This document shows, one piece after another, positions 39,462 through 49,755 of a stretch of 64,000 nucleotides of DNA; positions within the stretch are counted from its first letter, which is position 1; each line of letters begins with the position of its first letter. Below the pieces are notes generated by a model. The model had not been told where the DNA came from, did not search any database, and was given only the letters and a program-made list of their open reading frames with translations. The DNA is taken from positions 1-64,000 of IMG/VR virus record IMGVR_UViG_3300006754_000011; one strand, 5' to 3'. The stretch comes from a virus. The position numbers and the translations under genes were made by a program.

Positions 39462-40850
39462 ATGCCATACATAGGACGAGATCTTGTAAGAGGACAAAAT
39501 CGAGAAATCGATGATATTTCCAGTAGTTTTAATGGAAGTACAACTGCTTTTACATTACAAACAGCTAGCGTAAATACATCAGCAGGAAGTGCTAATCAGC
39601 TTTTTGTATGCTTGGGTGGTGTTATGCAAAACCCAAATACTGATTATACAGTTGATGCAAGTACAATTACATTTACAACTGCTCCTGCAAGTGGATTAAC
39701 TTTTTGGGCATTAATACAAGGTGATGCAGTTGATATAAATACTGCAGCTGACGGCAGTATTACTACTATTAAATTAGGTGCAGACGCTGTAACAGGTGCT
39801 AAGATTGCAAATGATGCAGTTGGTTCTGAACATATAGAAGTATTAGACGGTAATCTACAATTTGGAGATAGTGTTAAAGCTTTATTTGGTACAGGAAATG
39901 ATCTAGAAATTTACCATTCAGGATCTAATTCATTTATAGATGAAGTTGGTACTGGAAATTTACTTATACGAGCTGCTGAAGAAGTACAGATTAAAGATTC
40001 AGATAGTAGTGAAGCTATGGGAATCTTTAAAAAGAATGGACCCGTAGAACTATATGAAGATGGAAATAAGAAGTTTGAAACCAGAAGTAATGGATTTATG
40101 TCCCAAGGAGCTGATGCAGTTTATATATGTGCAGGATCAACTAATGCTGGAGGTGCTGGGATACTACTAGATGGAGATTCTAATGGTGATTTCTCTGGTG
40201 CTGATTACGCTCATATCGTACATAATACAACTGGAGATATAGAAATTGCTGCAAGAAGACCTTCAGGTGGAAATGCAGCAGTTATTATCAAGGCTTATGA
40301 TGGCACAGCTGATTCCTTAGGTACTGCTTGTGTAGCTGCTCATGATGCTATTTGGTCTTATCATGCATTTTATCCTTGGACTGACGGTAACCGTGACCTT
40401 GGTTATAGTGGTAGAAGATGGGAGGATATATACGCTACTAACTCTACTATCCAAACATCTGATAGAAATACGAAAGATAACATCACTAATACTGATTTAG
40501 GATTACCATTTATCAATAAACTAACACCTAAATCCTATAAATTTAAAGGTAAAACAAGAACTCATTACGGTTTAATTGCTCAAGATGTTGAGACTGTTTT
40601 ATCAGATATAAGTAAGCCGACTTCTGGTTTTGCTGGCTTTATTAAAGCAGATGTACCAGTTGACTATTATACAGAGTATGATGACTCTATACCAGAAGGT
40701 AAGAGTATTGGTGACGTTAAAAACGCTGCACATACAACCTATGGTTTAAGATATAGTGAATTCATAGCACCGCTTATTAAAGCAGTACAAGAACTTTCAA
40801 CAGAAGTCGAAACCCTTAAAACAAAAGTAGCAGCACTGGAGGCAGCTTAA
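39462..40850 (+). CDS. Tail fibre, copy B, with C-terminal peptidase S74 intramolecular chaperone
   Basis: MPYIG..DDISSSFNGSTTAFTL; TSDRNTKDNI, HYGLIAQDV, LRYSEFIAPLIKAVQEL. Confidence 0.85.
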   Translation: MPYIGRDLVRGQNREIDDISSSFNGSTTAFTLQTASVNTSAGSANQLFVCLGGVMQNPNTDYTVDASTITFTTAPASGLTFWALIQGDAVDINTAADGSITTIKLGADAVTGAKIANDAVGSEHIEVLDGNLQFGDSVKALFGTGNDLEIYHSGSNSFIDEVGTGNLLIRAAEEVQIKDSDSSEAMGIFKKNGPVELYEDGNKKFETRSNGFMSQGADAVYICAGSTNAGGAGILLDGDSNGDFSGADYAHIVHNTTGDIEIAARRPSGGNAAVIIKAYDGTADSLGTACVAAHDAIWSYHAFYPWTDGNRDLGYSGRRWEDIYATNSTIQTSDRNTKDNITNTDLGLPFINKLTPKSYKFKGKTRTHYGLIAQDVETVLSDISKPTSGFAGFIKADVPVDYYTEYDDSIPEGKSIGDVKNAAHTTYGLRYSEFIAPLIKAVQELSTEVETLKTKVAALEAA

Positions 40851-41061
40851 ATGGCTAAGTATGATGAATTAAAAGCAGGTTAATTTTTTAATTTTGGATA
40901 ATATACCAATAGATGAATGGAAGAAAATAAGGGATAAGATGCATGAGTCTCATCCTGATGATGAAGATCGTCCTCGTTTATCTATAGACATAAAAGATCC
41001 TCCTAAAGAGGAGGATACAAAAGAGTCTAAATAAGATTAAGTAATATCTTTAAAAAGCTTG

Positions 41062-41307
41062 TCAGCCTAGTACGCTACCTAGAGCGCCCTGTGCTATTCC
41101 TCTTCCTGTATCACCTCTAGGGTCACGTGCATCTAGATCCCAAGGCTTACCTTGTTCTTGACCTAGCCAACTTCCAGCACCACTTGATTGTTGTTGTGGG
41201 GCTAAGCCTTGTTGACCTAATTGTGCAGGTTCATTTCCAGCTTCTGCTCCTCTAAGTGCATCACTATATTTTTTAAGGTGTAGTAAAGCTGCCCCAGGGT
41301 TAAACAT
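41062..41307 (-). CDS. Small Gly/Gln-rich protein
   Basis: 81-aa ORF. Confidence 0.45.
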   Translation of the reverse strand: MFNPGAALLHLKKYSDALRGAEAGNEPAQLGQQGLAPQQQSSGAGSWLGQEQGKPWDLDARDPRGDTGRGIAQGALGSVLG

Positions 41308-41585
41308 TATTTTTTGATTGAAATACTTTTTCTTACTTTACGACAGCTAAATCAATCTTTCACTGTGTAGTAAGCAGCACCTCCTATTGCAACGCTAATC
41401 ATTATGAGCATAGTTATAATAGAAAGCATTAGATTAATCTGTATTTTTTTAAATATACTTCAGATATTTTAATTAGTTTGTACAGCTTATTACAAAATGA
41501 ATGATTTTTTAGAAGTAATCCTATGGAGTTATTGCACAGGATTAGCTATAGTTTTACTTTATAAGTTTATTCAAGACACTGAAAA

Positions 41586-41747
41586 TTAATGTTCCATTAA
41601 AATATGATTTATTGTATTGGGATGTTCATGAATGAACCTAACTGATTCTATAGCTACTTGACGAGCTTCATAACAGTCCTTTGCATAAGCGCAAATCGCT
41701 TGTTTATGATGTTGAGAATCGTAATAACAGACTGTATAGTGCTTCAT
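41586..41747 (-). CDS. Small His/Cys-containing protein (not in ORF track)
   Basis: MKHYTVCYYDSQHHKQAICAYAKDCYEARQVAIESVRFIHEHPNTINHILMEH; AGGAG SD. Confidence 0.6.
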   Translation of the reverse strand: MKHYTVCYYDSQHHKQAICAYAKDCYEARQVAIESVRFIHEHPNTINHILMEH

Positions 41748-41824
41748 TCTCCTGGCACAAATACTTATCTACATTATAGTAGGTAAAAGATATAAAAATT
41801 TTATAAATATCAAAGAAAGCAAAT

Positions 41825-41851
41825 AAAAAACCCCTCTTTTTAGGAGGGGTT
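41825..41851 (-). terminator. Terminator downstream of psbA
   Basis: AACCCCTC/GAGGGGTT stem followed by a U run on the - strand. Confidence 0.8.
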
Positions 41852-41876
41852 AGTGAGATATCTCTAAGAGAATTAT

Positions 41877-42965
41877 TTACCCAATAGCAGGTGCTAATAG
41901 AGCAATAGGGGTAGATTCAGTGCTTGCTAAATCAAGAGGGAAATTATGAGCATTACGCTCATGCATTACCTCCATTCCTAAGTTCGCTCTATTGAGGACA
42001 TCAGCCCAAGTAGGAACTACTTTTCCATCAGCAGAAAGAATTGATTGATTAAAATTAAAACCATTCAAGTTAAAAGCCATTGTGCATACCCCCATTGAGG
42101 TAAACCAAATAGCTACTACAGGAAAGACAGCAAGAAAGAAATGAAGTGAACGGCTATTATTGAACGAAGCATATTGGAAGATCAAACGACCGAAGTAGCC
42201 ATGAGCTGCGACGATATTGTAAGTTTCTTCCTCTTGTCCAAATTTATATCCGTAGTTCTGAGATTCAGTTTCAGTTGTTTCTCTAATGAGTGATGATGTA
42301 ACCAAGGAACCGTGCATAGCAGAGAACAAAGAACCTCCAAACATTCCCGCAACTCCCAACATATGGAAAGGATGCATAAGGATATTATGTTCCGCCTGAA
42401 AGACAAACATAAAGTTGAACGTTCCCGATATCCCCAATGGCATACCGTCAGACAAACTTCCTTGTCCGAACGGATAAATGAGGAAGACCGCAAAGGCCGC
42501 TGATACTGGTGCAGAATAAGCAACACAAATCCAGGGACGCATCCCTAGTCGATAGCTAAGTTCCCATTGTCGTCCCATGTAAGCAGAGATACCAATGAGG
42601 AAGTGGAAGATGATAAGTTGATACGGTCCACCGTTGTAGAGCCATTCATCAATTGTCGCAGCTTCCCATATTGGGTAAAAATGCATTCCGATTGCGTTTG
42701 AGCTAGGGACGATTGCTCCTGAGATGATGTTGTTTCCATAGAGAAGGGATCCAGCAATAGGCTCACGAATCCCATCAATATCGACGGGTGGAGCAGCTAT
42801 AAACGCAATTATGAAACAGGTGGCAGCAGTTAAGAGACAAGGAATCATTAATACACCAAACCAGCCTACATAGAGGCGGTTATTTGTTGATGTAGTCCAG
42901 TCACAAAACTCTGTCCACCCATTTAACATAGCGCCAGAATTACGCTGAGTAAGAGTGGAAGCCAT
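41877..42965 (-). CDS. psbA: Photosystem II D1 protein, Prochlorococcus-like, intron-free
   Basis: Full-length D1 ([14 protein letters not shown]...[13 protein letters not shown]); Prochlorococcus-type segments [42 protein letters not shown]. Confidence 0.99.
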   Translation of the reverse strand: MASTLTQRNSGAMLNGWTEFCDWTTSTNNRLYVGWFGVLMIPCLLTAATCFIIAFIAAPPVDIDGIREPIAGSLLYGNNIISGAIVPSSNAIGMHFYPIWEAATIDEWLYNGGPYQLIIFHFLIGISAYMGRQWELSYRLGMRPWICVAYSAPVSAAFAVFLIYPFGQGSLSDGMPLGISGTFNFMFVFQAEHNILMHPFHMLGVAGMFGGSLFSAMHGSLVTSSLIRETTETESQNYGYKFGQEEETYNIVAAHGYFGRLIFQYASFNNSRSLHFFLAVFPVVAIWFTSMGVCTMAFNLNGFNFNQSILSADGKVVPTWADVLNRANLGMEVMHERNAHNFPLDLASTESTPIALLAPAIG

Positions 42966-43069
42966 TAGTCCGATAAAAGTTTCTTTTATAAGAAAAAATA
43001 AAAATGATGAGCAGTAAATTGCCCATCATCGTATTAATTTTAACAGAATTGTTTGGCTATCAAGACATT

Positions 43070-45688
43070 CTATTCTGACTCTTTTCCCTCAGGCAAAATC
43101 GTTGCAAACTCTTTATATTTAATATCAGATTTACGTATTGCCAAACCTTTAAATAGTGGCATTCCTTTACGAGTAAAAGTAAATATATCTGTAAGAGCAA
43201 GTTGACTCTTACAACAATCCATTAATAAAGCAATGAATCTTTTTTGACCAACAGCTTTAGATCCAGTTGCTTCACAATGCTCACAATAGCTGGGATAAAG
43301 ATGAAAACTGCTATTGAAATATCTTTCAGACATTTCTTTATTTGTATTAGGAATTTTCTTTCCTACAGCAACGACATTATCTTTATCGAGAACAATTTCT
43401 GATTGGAGCCATTCAATTAAATTGTTACTTGTAACCATAATATTATTACGTACTTTCTTTAAAGAAGGAGCTGCTTCATAAGTATCTAAAAGATAATAAC
43501 GCATTTCTTTTTCATCTATTTGTAAAATCCAGTTCACTAATCCAGGTAAATAATCCTTCCATAAGCCTGCTACACGACCTTTACTAATTTTTATCATGTC
43601 TTTTGCTTCAGAATTTTTCTTATATAATTTACGATTGAATTCAATTGTTAAACGTCTACGAATCAAACCACTGGTGTTATCTGTTGTTTGTATAGGCTCA
43701 TTAGCTGCAACCATAACCATGCCTGTATAAACAAAAGGTTCACCTATGTTTTTCATCTTTTCTTCATATCGAAGATTATCTCCTCCTGTTAAAGCTTTAA
43801 AGACTTGAGCAGAACCTCCATAGCGTTCTGAATCATTAATTAAAGTCATTCTTTTACCTTTAATTGAAGCTAATTCAAAACGAGATTGTTCAAGTTGATT
43901 GAGTGTAGTACTGGCATAATTGCCTGCTCCAACTAAAGCACAACAGAGATTTGCAAAGGTAGATTTACCTCGTCCACCTGGGCCTACAATTTCTAAAAAT
44001 CTTTGTAATTCATGCCCATGTCCTACAAGACAAGCTCTTAACCAAGCTCTAAGAACTTGTACTCTAGATTCATCTCCGTATTGAGTACGTTGAATCCATT
44101 CAGTAATAGGACCAGGATTAATTTCTGGATTGTATTTGAAATCTAATCCCCAAGTAATATAATCTTCTTTATTATGTTCAGAGAAATCACCTGTAGCAAC
44201 TTCTAGTACTCCATTAAGAAATACAATTTTATCTGTACCATCATTCCAATAGACTCTAGATATCTTTTGTTTTAAAAGTTCTACTACATCAGAAACTAAA
44301 TTTGCACTAAATCCTGCAGGAGTATAAGAACGATTCGTAGTTAATTCATCTTGAATAATATGATGAAATTCTTTTCTATAGTCCTCTCTACGCCAGAAAC
44401 CACGATTAGGCATGTAATACATAAAAGTATCAAAGCGTGGATCAAAACACCAACCGATACTCAAAGCCCATTCTTGAAGATATTCTGCAATAGTAGAAGA
44501 AGGAGGATTCCTTACTTTGTTATCACCACTTTTTGTACCACGCTTGCTTACTTTTCTGGTTGTAAAAGGAATATTAATATCATCATTTAAAAGCGCTTCA
44601 ACACCACCTTCACTTTGAACAGTTGAAAGTAAATGATCTAATAATTCAGGTTCAACTTCTTGTTGACGTTCTTCTACTTTTTTACTGAGTTCTTCAAAAG
44701 ACATGGCTGTATAGCCTCCCATATCCACCCAACCATCTTCTTTTGCCATTGCTTTTAATGTATGTAAGCCTCTCCCATCTACTGGTGTAGGCCCTCCTGG
44801 AAGGCGTTCAAAACTTTCCCATTTCTCTTGACAAACACCTGATTCAAATGATTTAGATTTGGTAGACCATTCAAGCCAGGCGCCTAATAATTTTTCATTT
44901 GTTTGGTGTAAAGCCATTCCAACAGCTAACCATTCTTCATAATCATTACAACGTTCTAGACTTAAATGTTCTAAATATTCACAAGCTTCTTCAATAATTG
45001 CTTCTTCTTTATATGAGCTATCTTGATCATAAGAAAGATGAATATTTTGAGAGATAAATGGTGAAGGTTTACTTGTTACTCGGCGATATTTTGAAGAGGG
45101 ATAAGCATTAGAGATAGCTGTATATAACCACTCTGGCATATCAGGTAAGCTATCAATATATTCAAAACCACCATGAGAAGTTGTTTTATATCCTTCTGTA
45201 TCAGGATGTGCACCCATGAGTGCACCTTGACGTGAACGCCAAAGAATTTCCCAAGGTGCTTTATCTACTTTAATTGTTGCTCTATCAGGTAATTGTTGAA
45301 TTCTTTTATTTGGAATACGAAAAAGTAATCTAAATTTTCCTTTCTTTCCACTTGTAATAGTTAGAGTAGATGGAAAAATAGAATGAATAGGACCTCCACC
45401 TAGCTTTTCAATTTCAGGTATAGCTTCTTCTCCATCAATATCAACAAAAATCAAACCATATGTATTACAAAATTGACCACATAATAGACCAACACCAGTT
45501 GCTCTTCCTTCTTCTAATTCCCTTTCAATTTGTGAAACAGTAAAAGGATTCTTAGTCCAACCAGGAATATAAGCTTTTTTACCTTGTAAGGGAGTTAGGG
45601 GCCAGTCAGTAGAGACTAAAGACAGGTTTATCTCACCTGAACTAAGAGGTTTTTGAGAGGGTGGTTGATCAGGAAACGTAGTGCTCAT
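43070..45688 (-). CDS. Bifunctional primase-polymerase + PriCT-2 + D5/SF3 helicase
   Basis: PLQGKKAY..GW, GLIFVDIDG, GAHP; YEEWLAVGMAL..W.EWS; GPGGRGKST, KALTGGD, AANEP. Confidence 0.9.
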   Translation of the reverse strand: MSTTFPDQPPSQKPLSSGEINLSLVSTDWPLTPLQGKKAYIPGWTKNPFTVSQIERELEEGRATGVGLLCGQFCNTYGLIFVDIDGEEAIPEIEKLGGGPIHSIFPSTLTITSGKKGKFRLLFRIPNKRIQQLPDRATIKVDKAPWEILWRSRQGALMGAHPDTEGYKTTSHGGFEYIDSLPDMPEWLYTAISNAYPSSKYRRVTSKPSPFISQNIHLSYDQDSSYKEEAIIEEACEYLEHLSLERCNDYEEWLAVGMALHQTNEKLLGAWLEWSTKSKSFESGVCQEKWESFERLPGGPTPVDGRGLHTLKAMAKEDGWVDMGGYTAMSFEELSKKVEERQQEVEPELLDHLLSTVQSEGGVEALLNDDINIPFTTRKVSKRGTKSGDNKVRNPPSSTIAEYLQEWALSIGWCFDPRFDTFMYYMPNRGFWRREDYRKEFHHIIQDELTTNRSYTPAGFSANLVSDVVELLKQKISRVYWNDGTDKIVFLNGVLEVATGDFSEHNKEDYITWGLDFKYNPEINPGPITEWIQRTQYGDESRVQVLRAWLRACLVGHGHELQRFLEIVGPGGRGKSTFANLCCALVGAGNYASTTLNQLEQSRFELASIKGKRMTLINDSERYGGSAQVFKALTGGDNLRYEEKMKNIGEPFVYTGMVMVAANEPIQTTDNTSGLIRRRLTIEFNRKLYKKNSEAKDMIKISKGRVAGLWKDYLPGLVNWILQIDEKEMRYYLLDTYEAAPSLKKVRNNIMVTSNNLIEWLQSEIVLDKDNVVAVGKKIPNTNKEMSERYFNSSFHLYPSYCEHCEATGSKAVGQKRFIALLMDCCKSQLALTDIFTFTRKGMPLFKGLAIRKSDIKYKEFATILPEGKESE

Positions 45689-45803
45689 CTAGTTATTTCG
45701 ACTTAGGTATAAACCAGCATCCCAGCCTACCTCGTTTTGGAGATAAAGGTAGTGATTAGCTGAACAGTTATAGAAATAATGTAGACGGAATAGACCTGTC
45801 CTT

Positions 45804-46304
45804 TTAGGCTTTTGTAAGTTCATGATCCCAAGGATTAAGCAATAAAGAAACTCTGGTGCCTTTAAAATCTTTTACTGTATGAAATTTATCAGAAGAAAAA
45901 ATAACTAATCTATTTGTTTTTGGAGTAACTATAAAGTCATCTTCAATAACAAGTTGTCCTCCAATTAAATCATTAACTTCTAGATAATAAGCTGTAGAGC
46001 ATATAGGATGTTTTAGTATTTTTTCTTTTTCATAAAGAACTTCATCTTTATCATAGTGCCAATCTACTTTTGTATTATTTTGATCCCAAAATTCATATCC
46101 AACAATACCAGTTAAGTCAACACAAGTTGATGTTATTCGTAGAATGCTATGACAAAAATCAGCATATAAATGTTCATCTTCTAAAGCATACCAAGTTAAA
46201 TTTGGAAGAGGCTCTTTAATAAGTTTAGTTATCTCAGGAGATACTTCTTCAAACACGTCATCAATTACTATTAATGATTGTTGATTTGCTTGAGAAAATT
46301 TCAT
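45804..46304 (-). CDS. 2OG-Fe(II) oxygenase
   Basis: DWHYDKDE, GGQL, PKTNRLVIF...HTV, R.SL..NPW. Confidence 0.8.
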   Translation of the reverse strand: MKFSQANQQSLIVIDDVFEEVSPEITKLIKEPLPNLTWYALEDEHLYADFCHSILRITSTCVDLTGIVGYEFWDQNNTKVDWHYDKDEVLYEKEKILKHPICSTAYYLEVNDLIGGQLVIEDDFIVTPKTNRLVIFSSDKFHTVKDFKGTRVSLLLNPWDHELTKA

Positions 46305-47215
46305 TCAGTTTCTTTATCTAAATCAACAGCTTCCATTTCAATTTCAGGAAGTTTGTAAAATTCTTCATAGTATTTATTGACAGTCTGTAACCATTTTTCT
46401 TTATACTTTTCAATTGTTCTTTCTTGAATTGCAAAGACTTGAGGACGCTGTATCGTAGCAACAAGAATCATATGTATATCTGGTTTGATACCGATAGTAT
46501 GTTCGATTGCTAAATGATAAGCAGCCAATTGCATACAACATTTTTGATACTTAACGAAGCCAGCACGCCGCATTCCGTATTCATTTTTAGGTGTATCAGG
46601 ACCTGGCCATTTACCATAGTACAACCCATTAGAAGTTTTTAAATCACCTAGAACAGTTTTACCTTTATAAGTAGCAATAATATCTGGAGCACCTGCCCAG
46701 CCATAATTAGTATTATCTTCTACTCCAGGATGCCATACACGGCTAATACCATCACCTCCGATTGTCCAAGCAAAGTCATCACTGATTGGATTCTCTGCCC
46801 AGATAATGTCTTCAAATTTATCTAATTTTTCAGGTAGACCTTTCCAAAAAGGATCAACGATTTCATCTTCAGGAAACTCACGTTCACCTAAAAGATAATG
46901 CTCCATGCGACTATGTACAGCTGTTCCGCGTGCAGCTGCTTCTTCTCGTTTACCAGGATTTTTTTTATTCCATCTTTCAAGAGAAGCTTTATTTCCTTGA
47001 GTAGCTGAAAGAATCGTGGTTACAGAAGGCAGTGCTCCATAGGGAGTTTTATAGTGTCTAGATCCATCAATACTGAGTCTTGTATCACCTAAAGACTTGT
47101 AATTCACGTACTGGGAAAAATCATTTTTCCTAGAGTACGTTGTATAAACTTTCGATCTATCTATTACTTTGTTAATGACTTCTACATCAATTGTTGATGT
47201 CGATGCTTTAGACAT
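46301..47215 (-). CDS. PD-(D/E)XK exonuclease
   Basis: LPSVTTIL, RGTAVH, AGAPDII, GDLKTS, QLAAY. Confidence 0.85.
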   Translation of the reverse strand: MSKASTSTIDVEVINKVIDRSKVYTTYSRKNDFSQYVNYKSLGDTRLSIDGSRHYKTPYGALPSVTTILSATQGNKASLERWNKKNPGKREEAAARGTAVHSRMEHYLLGEREFPEDEIVDPFWKGLPEKLDKFEDIIWAENPISDDFAWTIGGDGISRVWHPGVEDNTNYGWAGAPDIIATYKGKTVLGDLKTSNGLYYGKWPGPDTPKNEYGMRRAGFVKYQKCCMQLAAYHLAIEHTIGIKPDIHMILVATIQRPQVFAIQERTIEKYKEKWLQTVNKYYEEFYKLPEIEMEAVDLDKETE

Positions 47216-47246
47216 GATTTATCCCATCTCGATAAAGGATAGCAAT

Positions 47247-47275
47247 AAAAAACCCCACCGAACCACCAGTGAGGT
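47247..47275 (-). terminator. Terminator downstream of hli
   Basis: ACCTCACTG-GTGGTT-CGGTGGGGT followed by a U run on the - strand. Confidence 0.7.
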
Positions 47276-47306
47276 AAATCATGCAGACTTTTGGTCCAAC
47301 TAGATC

Positions 47307-47498
47307 TTACAGGATTCCTGGAATCAATTGTCCAGTTGTTACATAAGCTCCTAATGCTGCAACAAAACCAATCATGGCCCAACGACCATTAGCTTTTTCA
47401 GCAGCTTCTACATAGGAAATTTCTCCTTTCATTACAGCAATCTGTGGTTCTTTTGCGTATATGTTTTGATGGCCACCAGATTCATTAGTAATAGTCAT
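47307..47498 (-). CDS. hli: High-light-inducible protein
   Basis: AEKANGRWAMIGF...TGQLIPG. Confidence 0.95.
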   Translation of the reverse strand: MTITNESGGHQNIYAKEPQIAVMKGEISYVEAAEKANGRWAMIGFVAALGAYVTTGQLIPGIL

Positions 47499-47561
47499 CT
47501 TTATTAGAAGAATTTATACCTATATTCTATATGTAGATTTGTTAAGTCTAGGTATTTATGC

Positions 47562-47852
47562 CTATTTGGAGATCTTATAGAATGTATATTTCAAAAATAA
47601 TTCTTCTTCTGCTTTTATAGTTTGGATAGTTCTTATAAAATAATAGCCATCCTCATAATATTTAATGCAGTTAGGCTTTTCAGAATGGTTGATAAATCCT
47701 CCTAAAGGAGAACGATAGATAATGTCATCTATTACTAAATGAGACATGCCTAAATCAGTACCGATAGGGATCTCTGTCTTAGCAAAAACGCCTTGACCTG
47801 CTATTGGACTGTCTTTAATGTGAAGACTTTTAGGTAGTGCTTGGTAAGTCAT
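47562..47852 (-). CDS. SET-domain protein
   Basis: SPIAGQGVFA, GGFINHSEKPN, IKAEEELFLKY. Confidence 0.85.
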   Translation of the reverse strand: MTYQALPKSLHIKDSPIAGQGVFAKTEIPIGTDLGMSHLVIDDIIYRSPLGGFINHSEKPNCIKYYEDGYYFIRTIQTIKAEEELFLKYTFYKISK

Positions 47853-47855
47853 AAT

Positions 47856-47884
47856 AAAAAAACCTCACTATAAAGATAGCGAGG
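47856..47884 (-). terminator. Terminator downstream of the porin-like gene
   Basis: CCTCGCTAT-CTTT-ATAGTGAGG followed by a U run on the - strand. Confidence 0.75.
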
Positions 47885-47912
47885 CTTAATTATATCTTCT
47901 TAACTAATTATC

Positions 47913-48281
47913 TTAGAAAGAATACTTTGCTCCAAGTTTTGTGGACCAATCTTTGTCATCATCTGAATCTTCAGGAGTAACAACAGCTACTTCACCATAG
48001 ATTCCGAGTCTTTCTGTAGCAGCGATGTTAGCACCTACTTTACCAGATAACCTGGTATCAGAGTCTTCACCATCTTCAGCTACAACAGCTGGACCGCCTT
48101 GAGCATACCAATCAACACTACCAACTTTATCTTCATATCCTAGATGAAAATCGGTTGTACGATTCTCATACTGATCGCCAGTGTAAGAAGCATTGGATTC
48201 AATGTTGGCATAAAAGCCACCAGCAAAAGCAGCAGGAGCGGCGAAAGCAGCTGCAGTTGCTAAAAGAATAGGTTTAATCAT
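47913..48281 (-). CDS. Small outer-membrane beta-barrel (porin-like) protein
   Basis: Signal peptide, alternating beta strands, C-terminal KLGAKYSF. Confidence 0.75.
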   Translation of the reverse strand: MIKPILLATAAAFAAPAAFAGGFYANIESNASYTGDQYENRTTDFHLGYEDKVGSVDWYAQGGPAVVAEDGEDSDTRLSGKVGANIAATERLGIYGEVAVVTPEDSDDDKDWSTKLGAKYSF

Positions 48282-48370
48282 TTTTGTTCTATTAATAGAA
48301 AAAGGCCACCGCTATTATAGAAGTAATAGTAGTTAATAAATACCTAGTAGAAGTGACACCCTGTAAGTTG

Positions 48371-48679
48371 TCAGTCACTTTCAACTTCAGGAGGACGTTC
48401 ATTAAAACAACCTTCTACATTAGAAGCAAATGTCATTGATTGATACTGTCCTACATGCTGTTGTATCTTGCTATAAATTTCAAAACTACTTTTAACTGCA
48501 TCATCTGTACTCAACATAAATTTAGAATTAGCAAGCAATCCTGCAGTGATAATGCAGACACCCAACTCTTGTGGATGGTTCATGAATGAACGAAGTGACC
48601 GTCCATTATCAGTGAAGGATGCTAAGAGATAAGCTATATCCATCATTGGATTTGGTTGATCAGGATTTTGTGTTGTCAC
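48371..48679 (-). CDS. Hypothetical protein
   Basis: 102-aa ORF coupled to the wHTH gene. Confidence 0.5.
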   Translation of the reverse strand: MTTQNPDQPNPMMDIAYLLASFTDNGRSLRSFMNHPQELGVCIITAGLLANSKFMLSTDDAVKSSFEIYSKIQQHVGQYQSMTFASNVEGCFNERPPEVESD

Positions 48680-48945
48680 TAATAGTCTTCCTCGCTAGTA
48701 ATACTGTACAGGGCTACATAATCTTTTTTTATAATAGTCTTAATCAATCCTTCGGCTTTTAATGCTGAAAGCCTACGGCTAACTGTGCGGTGGTTACGAT
48801 CAAATTTCCTAGCGATAACAGTAATAGGAAGAAGAACCAGCTTTCTATCTTCAAAAACAGTTGATTCTTCTAGGAGATATTCATAGATACTCCAAGCAAG
48901 ATCATCCATCAGATTATTCTTTTCAATACTCTTCACACCCAGCAC
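48679..48945 (-). CDS. Winged-helix DNA-binding protein
   Basis: IARKFDRNHRTVSRRLSALKAEGLI. Confidence 0.7.
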   Translation of the reverse strand: MLGVKSIEKNNLMDDLAWSIYEYLLEESTVFEDRKLVLLPITVIARKFDRNHRTVSRRLSALKAEGLIKTIIKKDYVALYSITSEEDY

Positions 48946-49699
48946 GGTTTTAATTACGTAGTTGATTCTACGATATTATCTTTGTTCTCCTTCCAATGCA
49001 AAACAGATTTTTTTGCATTCTCTAAATCCATTCCCCAACAGGGTTCAAAGTCTTCTCGACGTGGATATCGATAAAGAATTTGTCCTGTATTTCCATGTTT
49101 TAAAACTCTAATTTTATAACCTTCAAATTCAATTGCTTCCTTTTCTTCAGAAGGTTTTCCTTTGTATCGAAACTTCCTAGCGTTACGAGACATATGAAAG
49201 ATGCAGTTATCTCTCTAAGCTACCAAGCATACATCTAAGATTTGACTTGATTCTCAATAAATTCTTTTGCTTTCTCAATATCGTTAAAGAATTGACAAGT
49301 ACCTGAGTAACATCCCAGATAACGTTCAAAAGTTTTTTTACCACCTGTTAAGGGATAAGTATGAATAGTTCCTCCATTACTAGTAGTTTCAATTAGAAGA
49401 GGTTTGACAGACATGTTAATCGATAGTTAGTTTCATTTTAATTAGAATTAATCAAGATAAGGCATATATATTTCAAGTTGTTCTATTGCTTCTTTAATAT
49501 CTTTTTTAGCTTGTTCATATCCTTTTATCCATTCTTCATTACAAGACGGATCTCCAAGGTAATTAATAAGATGTAATCCCATACGTTGGTTCACTCTATT
49601 TTTAAGACCACGAACATCCATTCTTGAATCCGATTTTCCTATTGAAGTAGACATTAATAATGATAAGAGATCTGTTCTTAAAAGATGAGAAAATATAAT

Positions 49700-49725
49700 A
49701 CTCCCTTACAAAAAAGTAAGGGAGT
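49700..49725. terminator. Perfect 10-bp hairpin downstream of the Gp157 gene
   Basis: ACTCCCTTAC-AAAAAA-GTAAGGGAGT; U tract is weak. Confidence 0.5.
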
Positions 49726-49755
49726 ATAGGGGATCCAAGATTATTAAACCATATT

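Noticed and set aside
40851-40883. Mini-ORF MAKYDELKAG right after fibre B, as a regulatory peptide
   Set aside because: Only 10 codons; could equally be a deletion remnant; no supporting signal
41877-42965. Intron or homing endonuclease in psbA; alternative-frame ORFs 42182-42526, 42312-42503, 42545-42778
   Set aside because: D1 is contiguous and full length; the other ORFs are shadows of a conserved gene
47499-47560. HLR1 (RpaB) direct repeat upstream of hli
   Set aside because: The two ACA cores are 8 nt apart rather than 10
48340-48365. NtcA box upstream of the porin-like gene
   Set aside because: GTG-N7-TAC spacing does not fit N8
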